From Candidatus Peregrinibacteria bacterium (GTDB lineage Bacteria; Patescibacteriota; Gracilibacteria; CAIRYL01; GCA-016699755): 64,000 bases of DNA. Positions within the stretch are counted from its first letter, which is position 1, and the number at the start of each line of letters is the position of its first letter. The notes beneath the pieces are model-generated. The model was given only the letters and a program-made list of their open reading frames with translations. It had not been told where the DNA came from and did not search any database. The stretch covers positions 298,098 through 362,097 of the forward strand of contig CP065009.1 in NCBI GenBank assembly GCA_016699755.1. The letters are read 5' to 3'. The position numbers and the translations under genes are program-made. Of this stretch, positions 1 to 8,800 are shown in pieces.

Positions 1-906
1 AAAACAACGAAGGATCATGGCGTAGAATCTTTTCCTTTTCCACCATTTGGGCTTCGCTCACTCTTTCGTCCGTCTTCCTATTCTTTTTTTCGTCCGCTGA
101 GGCAGGCAAGTATTGTGTTTTTTGGTGGTGGTGGGCTTTTTCAAGATCGTGAACCTTTTGCAGTTCTCTTGTGGTCATACTTTTTGTTTCTTGTTCGCTG
201 TTTTGCAAAACGGAATACGAAAGTTCTTTTGGTTGGAAATTCCTTTGGTCCACTTCGATTTTTTTTCTCGCGTTTTCTCGTTCGTAAAGTGCTTCGAAAT
301 ATTCGTTTTTTCTCTGTTCGAGATACCGAGTCTAAAGAACTTCTTCAGAAAATAGCGCATCCAAATGCTATTATTGAGCAGGCAACTGATTTTGCATTTG
401 TACTTCCAAAACCGAGGTCTTTGAAAAGTCGAAAGGGAACCATTTTGGCTCTTCGGGGAGATGGGAATATCTCTCCAGAAAGAATACAAAAAGTGTTCAA
501 TATTCTTCCAAAACCAGTTAGTGTCATTGCTATGGACGAAATTGATCAGAAGTTTGCAGAGCGACTAGGCGTTCCAGTGGTGAATCCAAAAAATACTGCG
601 GAGCTTCTTCATGTATTTTCTCAGGCGAAATGTGTTGTTACTTCTCGTCTTCATGGGGGAATTTTATCGCTTATTGCAGAAACATCGTTTCTTATCTTTT
701 CCTCTGCTCCAAAAATTAACAGTTTTTTCTCTGATCGGAATCTTGCCGAACTTGTTCTTTCTGAAAAAGCTTCTCCGTTTATTATCCGAAAAAAAATAAA
801 AACAGTTCTCTCTTCTTCAGAAAAATGGCAAAAAGAGTTTCGACGTGTTCGAAAAGAAGAGCATCAAAAAAAAAGCCTTCTTTTTCCCCTTTTTCTCCAA
901 AAATGA
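1..906 (+). CDS. polysaccharide pyruvyl transferase family protein (CsaB-like); 5' end runs off the window
   Basis: Frame 1 is open from nt 1. 'FFGGGGLFQD' and 'VVTSRLHGGILSL' resemble the two conserved blocks of pyruvyl transferases. Stop TGA 904-906 overlaps the next ATG (ATGA). Confidence 0.55.
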   Translation, partial: KTTKDHGVESFPFPPFGLRSLFRPSSYSFFRPLRQASIVFFGGGGLFQDREPFAVLLWSYFLFLVRCFAKRNTKVLLVGNSFGPLRFFFSRFLVRKVLRNIRFFSVRDTESKELLQKIAHPNAIIEQATDFAFVLPKPRSLKSRKGTILALRGDGNISPERIQKVFNILPKPVSVIAMDEIDQKFAERLGVPVVNPKNTAELLHVFSQAKCVVTSRLHGGILSLIAETSFLIFSSAPKINSFFSDRNLAELVLSEKASPFIIRKKIKTVLSSSEKWQKEFRRVRKEEHQKKSLLFPLFLQK

Positions 907-1928
907 TCCACGGCACACCGATTGTTGGTCAGGAAAAAACGCTTGAAAAGTTGAAACGAATCCTTGCAAGAAAGCATCTTCCAAATGCCCTTCTTCTTTG
1001 GGGTCCGGCAGGAACCGGAAAGTTTCGTATGGTGCGAGAAATGGCAAAACTTCTCTTTGCAGATTATCCGAGTGAATTACGAGAAATCCAAAAAAATTGT
1101 TCCCGAAATGTTGTTTCTATAGGAGATCTTTGGCAAGCGGATCGTTTAACCGATTGGGATGTTATCTCGAAAACTTCTAATTTTAATCAACGCCATCGGC
1201 AGGGGACGGAAGGGGAGGTGGCAAAAAAAACTGATTCGATTGGTGTTCAGGATATTGCTTCCTTTTTGGAACCACTTTTTCTTCGTGACCAATACGATCG
1301 GAAAGTTGGTATTATTCGTGATGCCGAACGCATGACAAATGAAGCGGCAAATGCACTTTTAAAAACTCTTGAAGAACCTCCTCAGGGTCTTGTTTTCTTT
1401 CTTACGACATCGCATTTTCAAAAACTTCCTCAGACTATTGTTTCTCGATGTGAGATGATTCCGGTTCCTCTTGCTTCTCGGGACACGCTTCAGAATTACA
1501 TGAAATCCGTTGCTCTTTCAGAAGATTCTGCGGAAGAAATGGTGACCATTGCACAAGGGCGAGGGGAATATTTGATAAAACTCCTCAATGATTCTCACTT
1601 TTTTGAGCAGGAGCAAGAGCAGTTTCAGGAGATTGCTCGCATTCTTTCTGAACGAAAAAGCGGAAAGCGTTTGAAGTGGGCGACACACTTTTCCTTTCCA
1701 GAGCACGCGCATAAAGCGACACTTTTCCTCGAAAATTTTCAACGTTTTCTTCGGAGTTTACTTCTTGAAAAAATTCGACAGAAAAAGGAATTTCCCCTTT
1801 CTGAAAACATTCTCTTTTCTGATATTTTGCGAATATACTCCCTTCTTCAGGAAACAGAAAAAGGACTCTCTGGAAACGCAAATAAAAAACTTCTCTTTGA
1901 GTCTTTTTTTCTTTCTCTTTTCCCATAA
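903..1928 (+). CDS. holB: DNA polymerase III delta' subunit
   Basis: Walker A-like 'LLLWGPAGTGK', 'EAANALLKTLEEPP', 'SRC' motif. I chose ATG 903 (ATGA coupling with the upstream gene) over the longer ORF start at 825. Confidence 0.8.
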   Translation: MIHGTPIVGQEKTLEKLKRILARKHLPNALLLWGPAGTGKFRMVREMAKLLFADYPSELREIQKNCSRNVVSIGDLWQADRLTDWDVISKTSNFNQRHRQGTEGEVAKKTDSIGVQDIASFLEPLFLRDQYDRKVGIIRDAERMTNEAANALLKTLEEPPQGLVFFLTTSHFQKLPQTIVSRCEMIPVPLASRDTLQNYMKSVALSEDSAEEMVTIAQGRGEYLIKLLNDSHFFEQEQEQFQEIARILSERKSGKRLKWATHFSFPEHAHKATLFLENFQRFLRSLLLEKIRQKKEFPLSENILFSDILRIYSLLQETEKGLSGNANKKLLFESFFLSLFP

Positions 1929-1988
1929 TAAAATCTCGACTTTTTTTTGAGAAACCGGAAGAATGGGGAAAGGTTTTTCAGAACATTC

Positions 1989-2873
1989 ATGGCAATTACC
2001 ATTGGTTTTTGGCTTTTCTACCTTTCGGTGTTTGGCATGCTAATTCTCTCTGTTTCCAGAGTGGGAATGGTATTATTCTCAAAGATACTTCCACATTTTC
2101 AGCGAGTACGAGCGGTGACTCAGGTACGCAAAAAGATACAACTTTCAACACCTGCTCCTGATGAAATTTCTGAGGAAGAAAAAGAAGTTTCGGAAAAAAC
2201 TCTTCAAGATGTACCTCTGTCAAATGAGGAGGCGGTAACGGAAGATGTGGAAGAAAAGACATCTCAAAAATCCTCCGAGAAAAAAGATGTTGTTCCACAA
2301 GAAATATATACCCTCCTTCATCGTGCAGAGGCTCTTATTTCTCGCAAGGAATATGAGGAGGCAAAACGAATGCTTATCAAAATACTCTCTTGGGATGATG
2401 ATCATGCGGGGGCAAATGAGCATCTTGCGTTTGTGTATTTGCAAACAGGAGAGTACTCACGTGCCGAAAATATTTTTCGAAAAGTTATCGAGACTCGACC
2501 AAGGGATCCATCACTTCTTACGAATTTTGCCCTTTCTGTTTTTCATCAAAACAAGTCATCGGAAGAAATGGATGAGTCTCTTTTGGCGCTTCGACGTGCG
2601 GCAGAGATTGATTCTAAAAATCCAGTTCGGTTTGCCAACCTTGGACAATCACTTTTTTCGGCGGGAGACATTGTTTCTGCTGCAGAATCATTTGAGAAAG
2701 CGCTTCGCTTTTCTCCGCGAAATATTGAATACCTCTTTTTTTTGGCAGACAGCTATCTTATGCTTGAGCGTTTTGCGGAAGCAAAACAGGTATTTTCTAA
2801 AATTCTCGATATTTCTCCACTCAATGAAGATGCTCGTCGAGAGCATGAGGAGTTGCGTAAGAAAGGGTTTTAA
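1989..2873 (+). CDS. membrane-anchored tetratricopeptide (TPR) repeat protein
   Basis: N-terminal hydrophobic helix, acidic linker, then several 34-aa TPR-like units (e.g. 'AFVYLQTGEYSRAENIFRKVIE'). Start could also be 1947. Confidence 0.65.
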   Translation: MAITIGFWLFYLSVFGMLILSVSRVGMVLFSKILPHFQRVRAVTQVRKKIQLSTPAPDEISEEEKEVSEKTLQDVPLSNEEAVTEDVEEKTSQKSSEKKDVVPQEIYTLLHRAEALISRKEYEEAKRMLIKILSWDDDHAGANEHLAFVYLQTGEYSRAENIFRKVIETRPRDPSLLTNFALSVFHQNKSSEEMDESLLALRRAAEIDSKNPVRFANLGQSLFSAGDIVSAAESFEKALRFSPRNIEYLFFLADSYLMLERFAEAKQVFSKILDISPLNEDARREHEELRKKGF

Positions 2874-2893
2874 TGGGAAAAACGATAAGGGGC

Positions 2894-3979
2894 TTATAGT
2901 TCCAATACTGGGAAATCAATACCCTCCCATTCTTTTTGTGGAATGTCTGTGGCGGTAATAATGGTTTGCTGTTTTTTGATGAATTCAAAAAGATGTCCTC
3001 GTCGCTGTTCATCAAGCTCCGAAAAAACATCATCCAAAAGAAGAATGGGACGTATGCTAGAAATCTCTTCTGCATACTCTATTTCTGCCATTTTGAGTGA
3101 AATAAGTGCGCTACGTACCTCTCCGCGAGATCCAGCTTCTGAGAGAGGTTGTTCTCGAAGAAGAAACGAAAAATCATCTACATGTGCGCCTATGCTAGTG
3201 GCTCCCCGACAAATGTCTTTCTGTTGATGCTTTTTGAGTTTCTGGAGTGTTTCCGAACGAGAGCTTGGATGAAAGATAATCTGAAAATTATCTTGTTTTC
3301 CAGAAATGGTTTGATAGTTTTTTGAAAGAGATTTTTGGAGTGACGTAAAAAGCTTTTCCCTTGTTTTACTGATTTCTTCTGAACTTTTTGCAAATTCTTC
3401 ATCGTAAAAACCCAATTCTTCCGCCGACGCTTTCCCTTCTCCAATTCTCTTTAAGAGCGCATTTCGAGAAAAGAGAATTTTTTCAAAGCGATGTAAAAGC
3501 GAAAGATGTTCAGGGAAAAGTGGAGAAAGAAAACGATTAAGGTATTTTCTTCTCATAAGTGGTGAGACAAAGGGGAGTAACAGATCGTCTGGAGAAAAGA
3601 GGGTGACCAAAAAGTTTTTCTTCCGAAGAATTTCAGATGTTCCCATAAGGACATCATTTCGTCGAAAGGCAGTTTTTCGGATTGGCGCAATTTGCCAGCG
3701 ATAGAGGAGATTTTCCTTTTCTGTTGTTCCTTCTATCTCCATCCATTCTTGTTCTTGTTCTATAATGGGGGCAATGTTTGTTGATCGGAACGATTTTGTA
3801 AGAGAGAGGAGCGAGAGCGCCTCAAGAATACTTGTTTTTCCAGAGCCATTTCTTCCCACAATAAGCATCCCTTTTTTCGGAATATCGTATGAAAAAGAGG
3901 TGTGGTTTCGAAAGTGTTGAAGGTGAAGATGGGTGAGCATTTTTTCTATTGATTTCTCATAAAATGTTGTAAAAGCCAT
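2894..3979 (-). CDS. recF: DNA replication and repair protein RecF
   Basis: 'LHLQHFRNH...IVGRNGSGKTSILEAL' N-terminus and 'LLLDDVFSELD' Walker B/signature region typical of RecF. Confidence 0.9.
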   Translation of the reverse strand: MAFTTFYEKSIEKMLTHLHLQHFRNHTSFSYDIPKKGMLIVGRNGSGKTSILEALSLLSLTKSFRSTNIAPIIEQEQEWMEIEGTTEKENLLYRWQIAPIRKTAFRRNDVLMGTSEILRKKNFLVTLFSPDDLLLPFVSPLMRRKYLNRFLSPLFPEHLSLLHRFEKILFSRNALLKRIGEGKASAEELGFYDEEFAKSSEEISKTREKLFTSLQKSLSKNYQTISGKQDNFQIIFHPSSRSETLQKLKKHQQKDICRGATSIGAHVDDFSFLLREQPLSEAGSRGEVRSALISLKMAEIEYAEEISSIRPILLLDDVFSELDEQRRGHLFEFIKKQQTIITATDIPQKEWEGIDFPVLEL

Positions 3980-4003
3980 TCCCTTTTTCGGGGGGGAATT
4001 TCT

Positions 4004-4489
4004 TTAATCCTCGAGCATTGCCTTTGCCCATTCTCGCATGAGGTGCTTCAGGCGATATTCATAAAACTTTTGACAAACGAATCCAACGAGTCCCCCGAGG
4101 AGCGCAGAAGTCGCGACCAGAAAAATGAGGCGGATGGATGTATCTTTTTGAAAGAAAAAAAGCCCAAGTATACAAATAAGAAATCCGATAGAAAGGGGGA
4201 TCATCCAATATTTTCTTTGTTCATCTGTCACAGGAAGGTCTTTTGTGCGAGCAAGTTTTAAAATGGTATTTGTTTCAAGGATAATTTCTTCACGCCCATT
4301 TTTCGAAAGGATTTCACTAATATCTTTTGTACGAACGGTTTCTGCAATTTCTTCGAGCGAAACAGCCGCATATTTACTGCTAATGGTCATCTTCCCAGAG
4401 AGGTCGTTTGGAAGAGAAATTGGTTCTAAATGAATCGGTTCTTTTCCCCCAAGATCAATGGGACGAATGCGAAAAGGAATCTGTTGCAT
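4004..4489 (-). CDS. hypothetical membrane protein
   Basis: 161-aa ORF with two C-terminal hydrophobic helices. No recognisable family. Confidence 0.45.
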   Translation of the reverse strand: MQQIPFRIRPIDLGGKEPIHLEPISLPNDLSGKMTISSKYAAVSLEEIAETVRTKDISEILSKNGREEIILETNTILKLARTKDLPVTDEQRKYWMIPLSIGFLICILGLFFFQKDTSIRLIFLVATSALLGGLVGFVCQKFYEYRLKHLMREWAKAMLED

Positions 4490-4546
4490 GGGAAAAGCTC
4501 CAAAATATGCAGAAAAATCCTCGCATATTTTCGAAAAAAAGGCAAA

Positions 4547-5389
4547 ATGGGAACTATGAAAAAAGTACTTCTCTTTGGGTCACAAGGGCTTCTTGGACAA
4601 AGTCTGTTTGAAAGATTGTCTCAAGAATCGAATATCCAGTTGGTGCCACTCTCGCGTTTTAATTACGACCTCTTTTTTCCTGAGGAAATTTTTCGCGCTC
4701 TCGATGATCATACGCCGGATATTCTCTTGAATGCTGTTGCTTTTGCGAATGTTGATGCGGCAGAAAAACCAGAAAACGAAAATGAAGTCTTTTATCTGAA
4801 TGCTGATTTTCCCAAACTTCTCGCAGAGGAGTCGCACAAGAGAAAAATATCTCTCATCCATTTTTCTACCGATTTCGTCTTTTCTGGAGAAGGAGATTTT
4901 TACGATGAGCAATCTCTTCCCGATCCAATAAATATATATGGGGCTTCGAAAGTAGAAGGAGAAGAGGGGATTTGGGAAAACACTGAGAATGCTCTTGTTA
5001 TTCGCACGAGTCGACTTTATGGAAAGGGAAAGGAAAATTTTGTTTCAAAAATCGTACATCTAGCAAAGCGAAATAAACCCATTTCTGCTCTTTTTGATGA
5101 ACAAGGAAATTTTACGTTTACGGATGATTTGGCAAATCGCATTGCGGAATTTCTTAAACGAGAAGCCCTTCCAGTAGGAACTCTTCATGTGGCAGGAGAA
5201 GAAATGGCTTCACCAGCAAAAGTGGCACGAGAAATTGTTCGCCTTACGAATTCACAATCTGTGGTCACCGAAATTTCCTCCGATTCTCTCAGTCGTCCTG
5301 CACCAAGACCAAAGCATCCAAAATTGGTGAGTTGTCGAGAAAACATGCTCCTCGGTTTTCGTGATGCGTTGCCGAGATTTTTGGCTTAG
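4547..5389 (+). CDS. rfbD: dTDP-4-dehydrorhamnose reductase
   Basis: 'KVLLFGSQGLLG' Rossmann start, 'NAVAFANVDAAE', 'HFSTDFVFSG', 'YGASKVEGE' catalytic YxxxK. ATG 4547 or 4556 preferred over 4430. Confidence 0.85.
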   Translation: MGTMKKVLLFGSQGLLGQSLFERLSQESNIQLVPLSRFNYDLFFPEEIFRALDDHTPDILLNAVAFANVDAAEKPENENEVFYLNADFPKLLAEESHKRKISLIHFSTDFVFSGEGDFYDEQSLPDPINIYGASKVEGEEGIWENTENALVIRTSRLYGKGKENFVSKIVHLAKRNKPISALFDEQGNFTFTDDLANRIAEFLKREALPVGTLHVAGEEMASPAKVAREIVRLTNSQSVVTEISSDSLSRPAPRPKHPKLVSCRENMLLGFRDALPRFLA

Positions 5390-5613
5390 TGGATTTCTTG
5401 GAAAGAGTCAGCCGGTATATCAAGAATTTTTCCATTTATAAGAAGAGGAATAGTGTTTTCTAACGGAAGTAGAAGTCCTCGTATTTCTCTTATTCGCTGT
5501 CCGTTTTTTTCTGAAGTTACAATGATGATATCGTGTACATTTTCGTCCTTTTCATCTTGGAACGAGAGTGCAAATTGTATCACTTTCTCTGGAAATGCCT
5601 TGGCATTCTTCAT
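5386..5613 (-). CDS. hypothetical small protein
   Basis: 75-aa ORF convergent with rfbD. No motif recognised. Confidence 0.3.
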   Translation of the reverse strand: MKNAKAFPEKVIQFALSFQDEKDENVHDIIIVTSEKNGQRIREIRGLLLPLENTIPLLINGKILDIPADSFQEIH

Positions 5614-5689
5614 TATGTTTGATAAAAAAGGAGGCTACTTTATTGCTTTTCTTTTTTTTTATCAAGCGTATAATTCCAACCGTAAAAGG

Positions 5690-5880
5690 CGTTTGACTTT
5701 GGAAATCACCAGAGGAGCTGCGGGAAGAAAATCCATCTCGGATGAGTAGAACCCACCAAAATCGGTTTGTTATTACCGAAAAGAAAGTGTTTCGTATCTC
5801 TACGAAAAACCAGGGTGGTACCGCCCTTTCCCATAAAAAGGGTCCCTGGAAGGCAGAAATTCTGTTTTCCTATTTTTGTG
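5690..5880 (+). promoter_or_regulatory. T-box-like tRNA-sensing leader upstream of ileS
   Basis: 'AACCAGGGTGGTACCGCC' (5808-5825) matches the T-box consensus AGGGUGGUACCGCG. It folds as a classic antiterminator: CCAGGG 5810-5815 pairs with CCCTGG 5844-5849. The bulge is TGGTACCG. The inner helix is CCCTTT 5824-5829 with AAAGGG 5837-5842. A competing hairpin follows (GGAAGGCAG 5848-5856 with CTGTTTTCC 5862-5870), then TATTTTTG. An AGUAG-type motif lies at 5743-5748. TATAAT at 5669-5674. Several AUC triplets are present, so the specifier is not resolved. Confidence 0.6.
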
Positions 5881-5883
5881 TAT

Positions 5884-8800
5884 ATGTCCTCATTCCAGCC
5901 CGTTGATCCAAAAGCATCGTTTCCAAAGCTTGAAGAAGAAATCCTTGCCTTTTGGAAAGAGAACAATTCTTTTCGAAAATCTTTAGAAAATCGGGAAAAT
6001 GCTCCACTCTACACCTTTAACGATGGTCCACCGTTTGCGACCGGTCTGCCACACTATGGGCATATTATTGCGGGAACGATAAAAGATGTTATTCCACGCT
6101 ACCAAACGATGCGAGGGAAATATGTTCCACGTCGTTTCGGGTGGGATTGCCATGGGGTTCCTGTGGAACACGAAATGGAGAAACAGCTGGGCTTTAAAAA
6201 CCGAGATGATATTGAGGAATATGGTGTTCAAAATTTTTGCGAGGCATGCCGAGGAATTGTACTCAAATACACTTCGGAATGGGAAAAATCGGTGGAACGA
6301 ATGGGACGTTGGGTTGATTTTAAAAACGATTATAAAACCATGGACCCTGAGTACATGGAAAAAATTATTGGGGTGTTTGGAAAACTCTGGGATAAAGGAA
6401 TGATTTATGAAGGAAAAAAAGTGGTGGCGTATTCGCCAAAACTTGCTTCGACATTGAGCAACTTTGAGGCGAATTTGAATTACAAAGACATTGATGATCC
6501 GGCGGTAACAGTAAAATTTGAGTTGGAAGAAGAGCCAAATACTTATTTTCTCGCATGGACAACCACTCCATGGACACTTCCAAGCAATTTGGGGCTTTGT
6601 GTTCATCCAGAATTGGAATATGTACGATTTGAAATTCAAAGTGATAACGAGGATTTGCAAAAGAGATTTGGACTAAAAAAAGGTGATCGTTACATAGTAG
6701 CAAAGGGAATTTTTGAAAGAGCACGTGATGAACAAATAGGGTTGCTACGTGATCTTTTTCTTTATCAAGAAACTGGAGAATTTGAAGCATCCTATCGGGA
6801 TCCGCTTGTGATTCAAACGTTAAAGGGCTCCAATCTTATTGGAAAACACTATAAATCGCTTTTTCCATTTCTCAAAGATCTTCACGGAAAAGGCAATCTC
6901 GATTTCTCAAGCGCCTTTCAGGTGTTTGGTGACGATTTTGTCTCCGATGCCGAGGGAACAGGAATCGTTCACCTTGCGCCAACTGGAGAAGACGATGCAC
7001 GTATTCTTACAGCGAACAAGGTTCCGCTTATTTATCCATTCACCGAAACGTGTTATTTTGACGAAACTATTCCACCGCTTGCCGGAAAGTATTTTCGGGT
7101 TGATCCGGTAGTAGAAGGCTCAAAAGAAGATAATGCAAACGATTGGGTTATTGATGCTCTCAAAGAATCTGGAAAATTAATGAAGCGCGAGCAGATTCGG
7201 CACAGCTATCCACACTGTTGGCGAACGGATTGTGCGCTTATGTATCGCGGTATTCACACGTTTTTTGTGGATGTGCAATCCATTAAATCGAAGATGCTCA
7301 AAAATAATGAAGACATTCATTGGGTTCCTGATCATATTCAGCATGGTCGATTTGGAAAAATTCTCGAAAATGCACCCGATTGGGCGATTTCTCGAAGTCG
7401 TTATTGGGGTGCACCAATTCCGGTATGGAAATGTGAATTGTGTCAAAAACGGGAGGTGGCAAATTCTGTTGAAGAAATTGCGAAAAAAGCAAAAAAGAAC
7501 GGAACCCTTTTTGTCGCTCGACATGGTGAGGCAAGCCATAATGTTCGGAGAATTGTTTCTTGTGTTCAAGACGATTCTGTTTCGCTCACCGATGAGGGGA
7601 GAAAACAGGCAGAAAAGCTCGCTGAGAAGATTCAATCTGAAAATATAGAATATATTTTTTGTTCGCCATTACACCGAACACGGCAAACAGCGGAGATCAT
7701 TAAAAAGTATGCCAACATTCCGGTGGAAATTGTGATAGATAACCGTTTGCGAGAAATAGATTTTGGCATAATGGAGGGAAAAACAGCAGAAGAATGGAAG
7801 TCACAGTTTTCCACCGTTTCTGAGAGATATTCCACAAATCCCCATGGCGGAGAGACCTCTGCAGAGGTTGTGGAACGAACTTTTGAGTTTCTTTCGGAAG
7901 TTCGAACAAAATATGTGAACAATAAAGTTCTTATCATTACTCATGGAGAGCTTGTACGGCATTTTCAACAATATTTTTGGAGTGCTTCTGGAGAGCCGCT
8001 CACCCTTAATCCCCCAGAAACAGGAAGTCTTTTTGAGTTTTCTTTTTCTGCTCGTCCAGAAAATTCCAATGGTGAGATTGATCTTCACCGTCCCTATATC
8101 GATAAAATCGTTTTTAACTGTGCATGTGGAGGAGAAATGCATCGCGTTCCAGATGTGCTCGATTGCTGGTTTGAAAGCGGATCAATGCCATACGCGAGTG
8201 TTAGTAGTGAGGAGTATCAGAAGGGGGGCTCATTAAAAATGAAACCTGCTGAGACTCCAGAGGAATTTCATCAGTATCACCAAATTCGGAAAAAAGAGAT
8301 TTTTGATCGATATCATCCAGATATTGTATATGACTTTGATCATCCGGATGAAAAAGATCTCGAGAGTCATCCTTTTGTTCTTATTTTTCAAGAAGAAATT
8401 ATTGGAACCCTTCGCCTCGATGAGCTTGATGGTGAAACAATTGCTCTCCGTGTATTTGCTATTTCCGAAAAATATCAAAATCAAAGATTTGGAAGACAAA
8501 CATTAGATCTTGTGGAGCAATTTGCAAGGGAGAAAGGGTGTTATAGGATTGTTCTTAATGCAAATTGTAATGCCATCTCTTTTTATGAGAGATGTGGATA
8601 TAAAAAAGGATTTTGGGAAGGCGATAGTACTTCTGGGGCAATCCCAATGGGAAAAAATATTTCTTTAAAAAAAGGATTTCCTGCCGATTTTATTGCCGAA
8701 GGTCTCGATCAAACTCGCGGATGGTTTTATACACTTCATGTTCTTGCGAATGCGCTTTACGATTCTCCTGCGTTTCGAAATGTGATTGTGAACGGTATTA

